Of a stretch of 64,000 bases of DNA, positions 1 to 10,093 are shown piece by piece. Below the pieces are notes generated by a model, which searched no databases, was not told where the DNA came from, and worked only from the letters and a program-made list of their open reading frames with translations. Source of the stretch: Gammaproteobacteria bacterium (GTDB taxonomy: Bacteria; Pseudomonadota; Gammaproteobacteria; Ga0077536); assembly GCA_963662545.2 (NCBI GenBank), contig CAXXLL010000002.1, forward strand, positions 736,001 through 800,000. Reading direction: 5' to 3'. A program made the translations under genes and the position numbers. The number at the start of each line of letters is the position of its first letter. The first letter of the stretch is position 1.

Positions 1-54
1 TTACTTCCCAGGGATGCTCACGGCGTATTTGGGGTCAGTGTAAAAACTCGCGAA

Positions 55-136
55 GACCGCTTCGGGTCGGTAGCCGCCTGATCGCGGCAGTGCAGCACTA
101 GTAAGGATTACGTCTGCAGTACCTTCAATAGCGGTC
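55..136. repeat. Hairpin repeat family A, copy 1
   Basis: gaccgcttcgggtcggtagccgcctgatcgcggcagtgcagcac...gtctgcag...agcggtc; related blocks at 1107, 3891, 5219, 8196, 9455 and 12863. Confidence 0.75.
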
Positions 137-226
137 GCCGAGTTGAAGCAAAAAGCAAGACCTTGACCCGGCAGCCCCTAAGGGGCAAAGCGCGGGCACG
201 CTGGTCTTTATCTATTGCTTAAATAT

Positions 227-964
227 CTAATGTGGGACATGAACTCCTGCAGTGGCAGATGATGCAAAGGATGCCACCATCGCAGCCCACATCTCTGTGC
301 TTACAAACAAACTACCAAACGTGCCGCCCACAAAAAAACAGACAAAACCTAACGTTATGCCCAGTGACAGTCGTTTGAGTTGTCTAAAATCCCGGTAGAT
401 CATGAAGCCTATAAAAACCGCTGCGAAAAACAGGACGATCATTTGTGCGTTTTTCGTTGTAAATGTGGGAAAGCTGGGCTGAACGATATTTCGAATCAAA
501 CGATCAAAGCCAGGCACAGTTAATAGCGCTGCGGCCATAATCATCAAACGCTTATGTACCTCAGGTTTTCGATGAAAATAAACGCCGACGGCAACGCAGC
601 AGGTAAATGCTGAGGTCAGAATAATATTAAATCGCGCACCACCCGTGATATGCCCACCTGTGCCGGTTAGATAGGCTACCGCCACATAGGTGAGAATAAA
701 TACACTGATCGTAATAAATGCCGAAACAATGCCTAACTCTCGATGCAGGACTCGTCTATTTTTCAAGATCAGCCATGCCTGTAAAATGGCCGCGAAATAC
801 CAGAGCGTAAACAGGACGCCATGAAAATTCATCCATACTGGCAGGGGATCATCAAAGAACCGGGGTCTTAGAAAAAAGCTCGGGACGAAGCCGCCAAGAC
901 AAAGAATAGCCATGACAATGAATGAGAAAAAATAGAACCGGTCCTGGGACATCGGCGTAGTCAT
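227..964 (-). CDS. Multi-pass membrane protein, unknown function
   Basis: 245-aa ORF with about 7 hydrophobic segments; HRELG and HKRLM motifs; upstream GGAG RBS. Confidence 0.8.
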   Translation of the reverse strand: MTTPMSQDRFYFFSFIVMAILCLGGFVPSFFLRPRFFDDPLPVWMNFHGVLFTLWYFAAILQAWLILKNRRVLHRELGIVSAFITISVFILTYVAVAYLTGTGGHITGGARFNIILTSAFTCCVAVGVYFHRKPEVHKRLMIMAAALLTVPGFDRLIRNIVQPSFPTFTTKNAQMIVLFFAAVFIGFMIYRDFRQLKRLSLGITLGFVCFFVGGTFGSLFVSTEMWAAMVASFASSATAGVHVPH

Positions 965-1106
965 AAAATTTTCTCCACCGAACTAACTCATCAACTAATC
1001 AACCTGTACAAGTAGAGCAGCATTGCGAGTCCCTCTGTTCAATTCGGGTTAATTGTTAAAGTACTCTAACCAGCAACAAATCGATTCGCACGGCTGCAGC
1101 TTCGCT

Positions 1107-1191
1107 GATGTAGCCTTAGGGTCGTGAGCCGCCTGATCGCGGCGGTGCAGCACTGTTGTAGATTACGTCTGGAATAACCTCGGAAGCGGTC
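1107..1191. repeat. Hairpin repeat family A, copy 2
   Basis: gggtcgtgagccgcctgatcgcggcggtgcagcac...gattacgtctggaat...agcggtc, very similar to copy 1. Confidence 0.75.
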
Positions 1192-1332
1192 GTCCATTAG
1201 CGTTTGGCGACGTGAGCGTGACGAGCGGCGGCTCTCGACCAATATCGAACTCGATCATGCTCGCTGCCAATTTTTACTCTGGCCCCATTTATTTATCGAG
1301 TTGAACCGGCTCCGCCTTACACAGCGTCGCTC

Positions 1333-1710
1333 TTACAATGGATCTTTCTGCTTCACAAACGTCTGCTTGCGTACGATTTTATCGCCCTCGAAGTAAAGCA
1401 AATCAAGTCCTTTCAACACCACTGGTGCGCCGTCCTTTTCCATATGCAGATCCCAACCGCTCATGATCTTGCCGGCGTCAGCGTCAATAAAGGTGTCGTC
1501 TTCTATGAATTCCATTTTGCCGAACTTGCCGTCGAATTGGGGAGCAAAGGCCTCGCGAACTGCGTCCTTGCCATCGTTAATCTTGCCATGCAGCTCTTCA
1601 TAAACGGCGTCATTGGAGAAAAATGACATGACGTCATCGAGATCGTTACGATTAAATGCGTCGAGGAATTTCAGTGTGATTGCGTAAAGTTCGCTGTGTC
1701 GTTCTGACAT
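1333..1710 (-). CDS. NTF2/SnoaL-like domain protein
   Basis: FLDAFNRNDLDDVMSFFSNDAVYE and GLDLLYFEGDKIVRK patterns; AGGAGG RBS. Confidence 0.85.
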   Translation of the reverse strand: MSERHSELYAITLKFLDAFNRNDLDDVMSFFSNDAVYEELHGKINDGKDAVREAFAPQFDGKFGKMEFIEDDTFIDADAGKIMSGWDLHMEKDGAPVVLKGLDLLYFEGDKIVRKQTFVKQKDPL

Positions 1711-1830
1711 GGTGATTCCTCCTTTGTGCGTTGAAATGGATTGTACAACCTTCTTCGCGGGCGCTCTGGGAGACTCTCGGATCCCTCACCCAGTAAGTTG
1801 AATAAATTTATATGGGTGGCTGCAAAGGGT

Positions 1831-1990
1831 CTATTGTGTTGAAAAAGTCCGATTCGCCGTCGGTCGCGACGTGCGCAGAAAAACCGACCGCTCAGGATCG
1901 CCTATAAGCGACGATCGGCACTCCGGTAATGGTTTGACGACCCCCAAATATATCGAAATCGTATGCCGTACGACTTTTTCAACAGAATAG
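1831..1990. mobile_element. 160-bp MITE with IS1182/IS5-like ends
   Basis: 19-bp terminal inverted repeats ctattgtgttgaaaaagtc / gactttttcaacagaatag (1 mismatch); no credible coding content. Confidence 0.7.
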
Positions 1991-2046
1991 GCCAGCTGCG
2001 GACGTTCACGCCACCAACACCCTCGGATATGCTGCCCGTTGGAATT

Positions 2047-2175
2047 GCCCCGCCTGGCCGGCGTCACCAACGCACGGTATTTGCTGTTCGGCGCGAAAAC
2101 CCCATGGAAGCGTGTCAGGTCGACCCGCAGTTTCGGCACCAGGGCCGCCAGCCGGGCGATGAAGTCCAGTGGGCT
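2047..2175 (-). pseudogene. IS91/ISCR-family (Y2 HUH) transposase C-terminal fragment
   Basis: Translates PLDFIARLAALVPKLRVDLTRFHGVFAPNSKYRALVTPARRG, a characteristic IS91/ISCR segment; rest of the gene absent. Confidence 0.8.
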
Positions 2176-2187
2176 TTTCTAGTTCGA

Positions 2188-3552
2188 TCAACGCCCGCTT
2201 GTAAGATTCGAAACATCGAAGGTCCGGCGGACCTTCGATGCACTCATCGTCGGATGTGATGTGGGCAGCCCAATTCCCACCGACCCACGGTCGTTCTTGT
2301 GGTCGATAGAAATTGACGCGCGCCGGATCACGACGCTCTTCTCTTCCGCGGCCGACCTGCCCCGCATATCTTGTGGTGCCTTGACGACGGTATATAGCGA
2401 TTTCCACAGATTGCCGCCCTTTTCGAATATCGATGCGAACGTAGCCTCGAAGTTTTCCATATCGATGAACATGATGCGGCTAGCGTAGGGGTGGTCCTCC
2501 CACACCGGGGTCAACTCGACCACATAGCACGGCCGTACCTGCCAGCGGTCGTTCGGGATGCGGCTGCTGGGACCATAAAATCTGGCGCTTTCGTGTTTCG
2601 AATTCGCGACGAATAATATCGACTTTTGCCCGATGTAGGTCCATTTGAAATCGAACACGCGCCCTGAAAAGACGGCGAAGTCGTCGAGCGTAAAATCGGT
2701 GCCCATGAACGAATCCGCGCGTTCCTTTGCGGACAGTCGCCGCACGCGCCGCTGCGTCGGAAGATAGGAATTCACCTGGTCGTCTTCGTTAGCGAAGGCG
2801 CGCTCGACCACGAACTTAGTACCCTTGACATCGAACGGTTCGACGAACTCGAAGAAATCCTTCCATAGTAGCCGCTTAGCGTCATCCAGATTGAACCGGT
2901 ATTGTTGATCCGGAAGCATCGCAATATGGCTGAGATACGCCCGCTGGTAGGACATCATCATGAAGCGATCGACTGTGCCACCGCCTTCGAGCCCTGGGGT
3001 CAGTACGGCACTCTCGCCGCCGGCCGTCGGGCGCACCAAGTTGATCTTAATCCCAGCCGTTTTGTAACCGTAGTACTGCCAGCGCTGGATGTGATTCCAC
3101 GCAACCATCTGGCCTGCATCATCGGGTGAGGCTGCGGCAATCCGGGCGTGCGAGAATGGCAAGCCGGCAGCGTAATTTTCGAGTGCGCCGTCGACCCCTA
3201 GGCTGGCGCGATCGCCTCCGTTTACAGTCGCTTCTTGGTACGTCGCCGGTGCTCCGAAGTGGTAGGGCGCTTCGATTTCAACGGCGACTTCGGGAAACTG
3301 TAGGTCGTCGAAAAAACCAGGGACGACGAAGGGTCTTAGTAGTTCGAGATCCTCGACCCCGACGATCGTTCCCGCAATTGGGCCATCGTGTGCGTAGCGA
3401 TATTCTTCCAACCACGCGAGTACGCCATCTCGGGTTGGTGCGGCCAGGGTCGTTTGCATCATGATCATCGCGATAGCAACTATCAGCAGCCGCGACCATG
3501 AGGCTGCTGATATCAACAGATGATATCGGATGACGTCTTCTTTAAAATGCAA
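2188..3552 (-). CDS. DUF1329-family exported protein
   Basis: Signal peptide; YLPTQRRVRRLS, SFMGTDFTLDD, HPYASR and FDVSNL motifs. Confidence 0.8.
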   Translation of the reverse strand: MHFKEDVIRYHLLISAASWSRLLIVAIAMIMMQTTLAAPTRDGVLAWLEEYRYAHDGPIAGTIVGVEDLELLRPFVVPGFFDDLQFPEVAVEIEAPYHFGAPATYQEATVNGGDRASLGVDGALENYAAGLPFSHARIAAASPDDAGQMVAWNHIQRWQYYGYKTAGIKINLVRPTAGGESAVLTPGLEGGGTVDRFMMMSYQRAYLSHIAMLPDQQYRFNLDDAKRLLWKDFFEFVEPFDVKGTKFVVERAFANEDDQVNSYLPTQRRVRRLSAKERADSFMGTDFTLDDFAVFSGRVFDFKWTYIGQKSILFVANSKHESARFYGPSSRIPNDRWQVRPCYVVELTPVWEDHPYASRIMFIDMENFEATFASIFEKGGNLWKSLYTVVKAPQDMRGRSAAEEKSVVIRRASISIDHKNDRGSVGIGLPTSHPTMSASKVRRTFDVSNLTSGR

Positions 3553-3890
3553 TGAGTTTGCCGGCGCATTGTCTTAGACAAGTGATCGTGTTCGATAACC
3601 GATTTTGACACTACCATAAACCTACGCAGCACCAAAACCATCTATCGGTGACATCCGAGTTTCACCAAGAATAGCAAAAACAAACGCTGTTTATCCCGAT
3701 TTTCAACAATGAATCGAGTCGCTACCCAGTGTAACCGACCGTTCGCTCTACTGAGCTGGATATTTGACGGTCGCCGCTTGTGGAAAGGCCGCAGTAACAC
3801 GCGGGTTATCGTTGCGCCAGGAACCTGTTGCAATCCGGAACGAGACGACTATAGATCGCCCGTTAACGGACGTACACCACCGCGAAAGCC

Positions 3891-3975
3891 AATGAGCACA
3901 AACGGTCGTCAGCGGTCTCCACGTGGCAGTGCAGCACTTTCAAAGATTATGTCTGGAATGCCCTTGAAAGCGGCC
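3891..3975. repeat. Hairpin repeat family A, copy 3
   Basis: ggtcgtcagcggtct...ggcagtgcagcac...gattatgtctggaatg...agcggcc. Confidence 0.7.
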
Positions 3976-4116
3976 ATCCTGCTTCTGTAGACATTATTGC
4001 TTGGGCGACTTTGATCTTGAGCAGGAGCGAACGTTCACTGTCTTAGCCTCAACCGCTATGCTACCGACTCGTTATAGAAGCGAGGTTTGAATCATGAATA
4101 GCAGAGGAACGCACAC

Positions 4117-4674
4117 ATGAACGACAAATTTCTCGGTGATCGCAGAAGAGCATTGGAGGAATCATTCTTCGCCAAGGAAAACGAAAAACTCCGCAAGGCG
4201 CTACAAGAAAAAGAGGAAGCGAAGAACAAGAAGGAGGCCCTTTCGGCCGCGTCTGGCATAACGGATGACACGGTGCTCGAACACCTTGTCGTGCTCAACA
4301 TCGGCAGTGATACATTGGCAGCGCTAGCCCTTGTCCCACTAGTAGAAGTCGCCTGGGCGGACGGCACTATGGACGATAGCGAACGCAGCGCCATTCTGTC
4401 CGCCGCCGAAGATGCAGGCCTCAGCGGTGAAAGCGCGGTCCTGCTGGACGGATGGCTGGCCACACGACCGAGCTATAAAGTGCTTTCAGCTTGGAAAGAC
4501 TATGTCTCGGCGCTTGCGAGTACGATGGATGCGGGGGCCAAGGATCAACTCAAGCAAGAGCTACTAGGTCGCGCGCGCACGGTCGCAGAGTCAGCCGGCG
4601 GGTTTCTCGGTATCGGCAAGATATCGAGCGAAGAGGAAGATAAGCTAGAAGAGTTAGCAGGTGCGTTTTCTTAG
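4117..4674 (+). CDS. TerB-like domain protein
   Basis: RRRALEESFF N-terminus, VPLVEVAWADG...ERSAIL, GGFLGIGKISSEE. Confidence 0.75.
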   Translation: MNDKFLGDRRRALEESFFAKENEKLRKALQEKEEAKNKKEALSAASGITDDTVLEHLVVLNIGSDTLAALALVPLVEVAWADGTMDDSERSAILSAAEDAGLSGESAVLLDGWLATRPSYKVLSAWKDYVSALASTMDAGAKDQLKQELLGRARTVAESAGGFLGIGKISSEEEDKLEELAGAFS

Positions 4675-4778
4675 GCTTAAGGCTCTCTGCTTGTCTAAAC
4701 GCGAGCAGCACTTTTCGCGCGCTCCCTTCGCTGCCGCTCCGGTCGGTTGCCGTAAAGCGCGGCTGAGCTTCATTAGGC
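4675..4778 (+). repeat. Degenerate attC-like site
   Basis: cccttcgctgccgctccggtcggttgccgtaaagcgcggctgagcttcATTAGGC, 12 nt before the next ATG; homologous to 8868 and 32484. Confidence 0.6.
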
Positions 4779-4790
4779 GGCAACGAATTC

Positions 4791-5176
4791 ATGACTGAAT
4801 ACGAATACTTAGATTTAATCGTCACCTCTCGCGATTCGGTCGGCTACCACGCGATGAATTACATAGGTGTAATGTTTGCGTATGTTGTTGCCGCTTATTT
4901 AGTTGGCGTGAACTTTCACGGTTCCAAGCGTTCGCGATCACAATTTTATACGCGATTTTCTCGCCATATCCGTGCATTTCTTCGCACGAATCGTTGAAAA
5001 TAAATCAAACAGCGATCATTGAATATTTCGCGAAATACAAGCCCGAGGAATCCGTCTCCATAGTAGTCTTATACGGTACAGAATTGCTGGTCGTGTTATT
5101 CGTTGGGACGTGGATACTTAGCGTAATCTTTATGATCCAGACTGGAGCGTTTAGCGATAGTAATGATGATGCCTAA
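4791..5176 (+). pseudogene. Frameshifted small membrane protein (cassette-type gene)
   Basis: Two overlapping hydrophobic ORFs (4791-4997, 4994-5176); the stop codon lies within the GCCTAAC inverse core. Confidence 0.55.
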
Positions 5177-5302
5177 CACTGCCCCGGCATTTGACTGTTC
5201 TCTTCCTTCGCTGCCGCTGATGTCCGCAATGATCGTCAGCGGCCTCCTCGCCGCAGTGCAGCACTGATTAGCGTTTTGTCTGCAATTCTCTCCATAGCGG
5301 TC
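5171..5302 (+). repeat. Left half of attC (5171-5218) fused to repeat family A copy 4 (5219-5302)
   Basis: GCCTAAC...ccggcatttgac...ccttcgctgccgct then gatgtccgcaatgatcgtcagcggcct...gcagtgcagcac...gtctgcaat...agcggtc. Confidence 0.7.
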
Positions 5303-5430
5303 GTTAGCGGTCGTTCTGTTGCTTCGAGCTTCGTGCCCCAAGCCCACTTCGGCTTACGGCCGAGGGCGTGTGAAAAGAACAGTATTGTTACGCAAATCGG
5401 GGAGTGATCGAAAACGCGCTCAAATTTTTG

Positions 5431-5546
5431 TGTCACTAAGTGACATTAGTAGTAGCGGCACAGTCGTTCGAGTTTCTGTTTTTCCCAGGGCTCAATGCAA
5501 CCCCGGCATGCAATGAGAATCCTGATGCTTTGGCATCGCGCTCGCA
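5431..5546 (+). promoter_or_regulatory. Candidate sigma54 promoter with upstream palindromic activator site
   Basis: Palindrome TGTCACT-A-AGTGACA (5431-5445); TGGCAT-CGCGC-TCGC with GG-N10-GC spacing (5531-5545). Confidence 0.35.
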
Positions 5547-5771
5547 GATTTTTTGGTCGCCATGTGCGGCACCGGGCACAATAAGCGTTGCAGCACATAG
5601 TTTAGTGCGAAAAATTCAAACGAGGAGCGATTATGCCGACACCGACAAAAAGCGGCGTGGCTATTCGGATGGCTGATCACCCGACACGAGAGCCTGCATG
5701 CTGAACGGCAGACATCGTCAGCTGATTCACACCGCCTCGGTTCACACCTGAAGATTAAGGAGGACAAAAAA

Positions 5772-6533
5772 GTGGCAACCAGGAAAAAGCCTACCATCAG
5801 AACGAGTGCCGACCCCAGGCAAGCCTACAGCATGCCCTACATGTCGCCCCTGTATTTCGCGCCGCCCATGGAATACCGCGGCAACTGGTCGCAACACGTG
5901 ACGTTCAGGAGCGACCCCAAGGTCATTTCCAGATGGATCCCGAAGCAGCTGGTTCCCGATCCCGACGGTTTGATGTTTATGTTGACCAGCTATTTTTTTG
6001 CCACGGGGTTCGGTCATTATCGAGAAGCGACGCTGTGTGCACACGCCAGGTTCAAAGAAAAACCCGTGAACTACACGTTGTTTCTCATACTGGACAACGA
6101 TATGGCGATTTGCGGCGGACGGGAAATCTGGGGTTGGCCCAAAAAGATGGGGACCATCGAGGTCGATGAGAACGACGCGGTGGTGCAGGCGCGGGTCGGG
6201 CGCGGCGGTGTTGAATTAGTGCGCGCAAACGTCGTCTTGAACGAACTTGTCGATGCGAGTGCGCTGGGCGGTACCACGAAGTATGTGAACTGGAAATTCA
6301 TCCCATCGGTCAAGAATGGTGCGCCGCCGGACGTCAATCAGCTGACCTTGACCGAGCTCACCAATTTTGTACCCGACAAGGTCTATCGCGGGCCGGCCAC
6401 GATCGAGTTCGGTCGCTCTCCATGCGATCATTATGCGGAGATACCCGTCGTCGAGGTGATCGAAGGGTTTTATTACAGCTCAGACTTCACCCTGGAAGAT
6501 GGTGAAGTCATCCACGACTATTTGAAGTCATGA
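5772..6533 (+). CDS. Acetoacetate decarboxylase family protein
   Basis: GGREIWGWPKK Schiff-base lysine motif, GFGHYRE, C-terminal GEVIHDYL; AGGAGG RBS. Confidence 0.85.
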   Translation: MATRKKPTIRTSADPRQAYSMPYMSPLYFAPPMEYRGNWSQHVTFRSDPKVISRWIPKQLVPDPDGLMFMLTSYFFATGFGHYREATLCAHARFKEKPVNYTLFLILDNDMAICGGREIWGWPKKMGTIEVDENDAVVQARVGRGGVELVRANVVLNELVDASALGGTTKYVNWKFIPSVKNGAPPDVNQLTLTELTNFVPDKVYRGPATIEFGRSPCDHYAEIPVVEVIEGFYYSSDFTLEDGEVIHDYLKS

Positions 6534-6622
6534 ATGGGCCGGCCACTTTCCGCATTTCACTCCGCGTAGACGTGAATTCCGCTCGCCTCGTAGGGCGGAA
6601 TTGCTGGAGTATAAGAAAAACA

Positions 6623-8007
6623 GGGTCTACGCGGAAACGTGTGGGTTGATATTGGCATTTCTGGGTAGTGGCGGAAGAAATGCCGCAATGATTTTCAGTT
6701 TGAGGAATTCCTCATCACGATAGCCATAGGCGCGTCGTTGCAGGACCCGGATTTTGTTGTTGACCCCTTCGACCAATCCAAGACTGACTTTATTCTTAGC
6801 ATCACAATAGGAAGCAATGCCATCCCAATGGGATTCAATCAGCTCAGCAAACTTGCGATACGGCGCCAATCGCTGCCATTTCAGACTGTCCTTCCAGCGC
6901 TCGAAAAAGGCACGCGCGCCGCGCTCGGTACGGTAGTCCCAGAGTTGGCCGAAGGTTTCCTTGAGGACGTAGGCGGTGTTCAGACGCCGGTTGGCCTGGA
7001 GCAGTTTTTTCAGGGCTCGTCTGCCATCCAGATTCAGGTTCTCGCGTCGCGAGAGCAAGGTATATCGCTGGCCTTTGATGTAACTCCTGTCCTTGCCGCG
7101 GAGACGTTTGTATTCACGGCGCCGGACTTCATCGAGAGCCTTTGAGAGGTGGCGCATGATATGGAACTTGTCATAGATGATCCGCGCCTGCGGTGCGTTG
7201 TTCATGACCGAGTTACGGAACGGCTTCCACATGTCCATCGCCGCCAGTTCGATGCGAGCGCTCTTGTTCTCGCCCAATGCCTGGAAAAACAGGTCGATGT
7301 CAGCCTCTTTGCGACCTTCACCACCGACCCAGATAGGACGCCCCCGATCCAGGTCACTGACGATGACCCGGTAGTTATGTCCTTTGCGGATGGAGATCTC
7401 ATCAATACCGATGGCCCGGGGTGCTGGCATGCCCGCCAGCTCAACCTGCTTTTGCATGTACAGCTTATCGAGGTCTTTCACCGTGCTGTGGTGCAGGCGT
7501 TCCCTCTCGGCGACAGCCTGGTTCGGCATGTCCCGGCACAGCTTGCCCACCTGCATGGCAAAGCGCTGCGTATAGCGAGGGTTCTTTGCCAGCCAGTCAA
7601 GATGTTCTACCTGCACGCCGCCGCACCTCCGGCAACTGACACGCCAGCGTTCGAACTCCAGGTAGATTCGCCATCCGGCAACTGACAGGTCTCGTACTCG
7701 CAGCACCTTCTTGTCGTAACGCCCGCGGCACCGGTGAGCACAGTGAGAACAGATCGCTGTTTTTTTCGCCTCTTGAGTTGGATCACACGGGCATACCGAT
7801 CACCAAACATGCCCACCAATTTCGATGCGGCGGTAAAACCAGGGAACGCAAACAGCGCTCGGATCGACTTGGGATTCTTCATGGCCTTAGCCTACCCACA
7901 AAATGAAACCACTTTCACCCCATACGAAATCTCTGAATGTCTACATGATTTCAATGGTTTACACTTGGTCTAATTCAGAATTTACCCACATGAATCCGCG
8001 TAGACCC
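6623..8007 (-). mobile_element. ISL3-family IS, copy 1 (1385 bp)
   Basis: Inverted repeats gggtctacgcgga / tccgcgtagaccc; 8-bp target duplication GAAAAACA (6615-6622, 8008-8015). Confidence 0.95.
6627..7882 (-). CDS. ISL3 transposase, two ORFs joined by a probable -1 frameshift
   Basis: IGIDE, MDMW, DKFH and EGVNNKIR motifs; A7 run at 7760-7766 links orfA to the CSHC zinc-finger frame. Confidence 0.9.
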
Positions 8008-8195
8008 GAAAAACAAGATGTCGGCTCGCGTCGGCTGTGCATCGCGCCGGTCGAGATGCTCGAGAATGCGTTGGATGACGGCGGGATCTTTGATGCGGGC
8101 AATGACTGCGGAGCACTGTACCTGTGTGTGTGGCCTCTAGAACTATTTTCACGGTCGGGTTGGGCCGGAAGCAAGCGTTCTAAAACTGGAGCTCC

Positions 8196-8262
8196 GAGGT
8201 CCGCGTGGGGTCGTCAGCGGTCTGATCGCGGCAGTGCAGCACTGCTAAGCGCTATGTCTGCA
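8196..8262. repeat. Hairpin repeat family A, copy 5 (3' truncated)
   Basis: gtccgcgtggggtcgtcagcggtctgatcgcggcagtgcagcac...tatgtctgca. Confidence 0.7.
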
Positions 8263-8348
8263 CCGAAATTATGCGTCACAATGACACGATTAATCGCGTC
8301 AATTTGACGACCATTTATCGTTAGGCGGAAGGGGATCACTCCGCGCTA

Positions 8349-8843
8349 TTGCTAGAAGAATGGGCGTTAATCGCAGAAATCGTCGCCGCTTTGGGGGTGA
8401 TTGCTTAGCTCATATATCCTGCGGTTCAAATGCGACTCACGCGCGTGGCTTCCGAAGCGCAGCTTTCGTATTTGTCTGTGGAAGTCTATTAACGTTGGCG
8501 TACGGCCCTGATGGATAATTCAGATCTCCCCCGCGCTATTGCGAAGGGCAATCGGGGAGACGCTCTATGCGACGATGAAGAAATTCAGATTCGCGCACTG
8601 ATGGATGAGCTGTTTATAGTTTCAGCTATTTCGCATAAGAGCACGATCCATTCGGACTCGCTCCACGATCGCTCGTTAGACATTGATTATGTAGTTGGTA
8701 TTCTTGAAAAGAATTCCGGATTAATATCGCAGTGGGCGAGATTTCGAAATTTTGCGGAGCTAATATCGCCAGAATATGGGCAATCCATAGATAGACGCTT
8801 AGATCAGATTGGAAACAATCGAGGGGACGATGGTGCCGCTTGA
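8349..8843 (+). pseudogene. Degraded cassette-type gene
   Basis: LEEWALIAEIVAALGVIA membrane N-terminus interrupted by stops; C-terminal ORF 8511-8843; preceded by GTTAGGC (8320) and followed by attC. Confidence 0.5.
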
Positions 8844-8867
8844 GTTCATATTTGAAGTGAAACATCC

Positions 8868-8966
8868 ACTTAACAGAATGTTGCAGCCGACCCCTGACCG
8901 CGAGTTCCCTTCGCTGCCGCTCCGATCGGTTGCATTAATGCGCGGCTGAGCTTAGCTTTGTGTGGC
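8868..8966 (+). repeat. attC-like site
   Basis: ACTTAAC...tgcagccgac...cccttcgctgccgctccgatcggttgc...gcgcggctgagctt; imperfect palindrome with degenerate right core. Confidence 0.65.
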
Positions 8967-9054
8967 ATAGTAAATCTGTGACGTCGCGTCCGCAATCGAA
9001 AGTAGTAATTCACAGAATGATAACGTCGCGCACTCCATTATTGACGAGGAGTAA

Positions 9055-9336
9055 TTGTTGATGACTAGTCCATTGACGGCAACCGTTTTGGGGTTAGCTC
9101 TAGCCATGACATCTGGTGTGAATGCATACGATCCGATGCCTGATCCGAGGATGTCGCCAAACCCGCCGGTAACCGGATCGACACAAAGCCGAAGCGAAAA
9201 TCCGGATGCTGACAGCGGCGAACACGATTCGCGTTTAAATGATCGTACCCGTCGTCATGGAGAGCCTGAATTCGGGTCAAGCGCCAGCCGTAGAAATGGG
9301 TACAATTATGGAAGCGGTGCCCGCAGCGGCAACTAG
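9055..9336 (+). CDS. Small secreted low-complexity protein
   Basis: Signal-peptide-like N-terminus; GAGGAG RBS. Confidence 0.5.
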   Translation: MLMTSPLTATVLGLALAMTSGVNAYDPMPDPRMSPNPPVTGSTQSRSENPDADSGEHDSRLNDRTRRHGEPEFGSSASRRNGYNYGSGARSGN

Positions 9337-9400
9337 CAACGAATTGTGTGACTCTCGCTGAAATAAACACGCATATATTCAAATCTGAAGTGCAACATCC

Positions 9401-9552
9401 GCCTGGCAATATATCGTAGCCGGCACTTGATCGCGCCCTTCCTTCGGTGCCACTGATGACTGCTGTGGGTCATCCGCGGAAGTCAAAGGCGAACGTTCCT
9501 CGCATCACAGGCGATCCGTCTGGAGCGACCGCTTTGGCTCTCATAGCAGTCT
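9401..9552 (+). repeat. Left half of attC (9401-9454) fused to a family A-type hairpin unit
   Basis: ccggcacttgatcgcgcccttccttcggtgccact then gatgactgctgtgggtc...; same junction position as 5218/5219. Confidence 0.6.
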
Positions 9553-9622
9553 TTCGCCGAGTCGGAAAAGTTGGAAGCGACCAGGGCTCTCCCCGAACCG
9601 CTTTCACAGACGCGACAGCGTT

Positions 9623-9933
9623 TTAGACTTCTGTCTGCTCAGCCATCTCAAGCGCGTCATCGACCTCGACCCGGATCTCCCTCTGCTCCGCAAGACGCCA
9701 GAATACTTTTCCCAATTCCCGGCGTATTTGACCAAATATCGCTTTCTTCCGGTACTTCGGAATGAACACGACGTGATACTTACACTTCCATCGGCTGTGC
9801 CTTAAACTCCCATCTAGTCTCATGATTGACTCCCTTTCGTGATGCTCTGGCGGCTCACGTCAGGGAGTCCGTCATGGGACTCCCGGAATTGTCAAACTTT
9901 TGCGGTCTCCCCAGCAGAGCTGGGGGGTTTACC
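9623..9933 (-). pseudogene. tnpA: IS200/IS605 tnpA (Y1 HUH) 5' remnant with end hairpin
   Basis: SLRHSRWKCKYHVVFIPKYRKKAIFG; truncated before HUH; ccccagcagagctgggg hairpin upstream. Confidence 0.85.
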
Positions 9934-10093
9934 AATCTGGGCTAAGGCGAAACAAATTATCCGACCATCACTTCCTTCGGAAAACGTGCACCGTAGGACA
10001 CCAAAGTATTTGGTAATGATCGGTTACTTATGACCCCCTTAGTAACTTGTCAGTACCTTACCGACCGCGACACCCAATCCAAGGGATCTTCAC

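Noticed and set aside
6738-7685. Plus-strand ORFs inside ISL3 (also 10646-11593)
   Set aside because: Antisense shadows of the transposase with no recognisable motifs.
8030-8110. MLENALDDGGIFDAGND segment as another IS91-associated remnant
   Set aside because: The resemblance is from memory only and too short to support.
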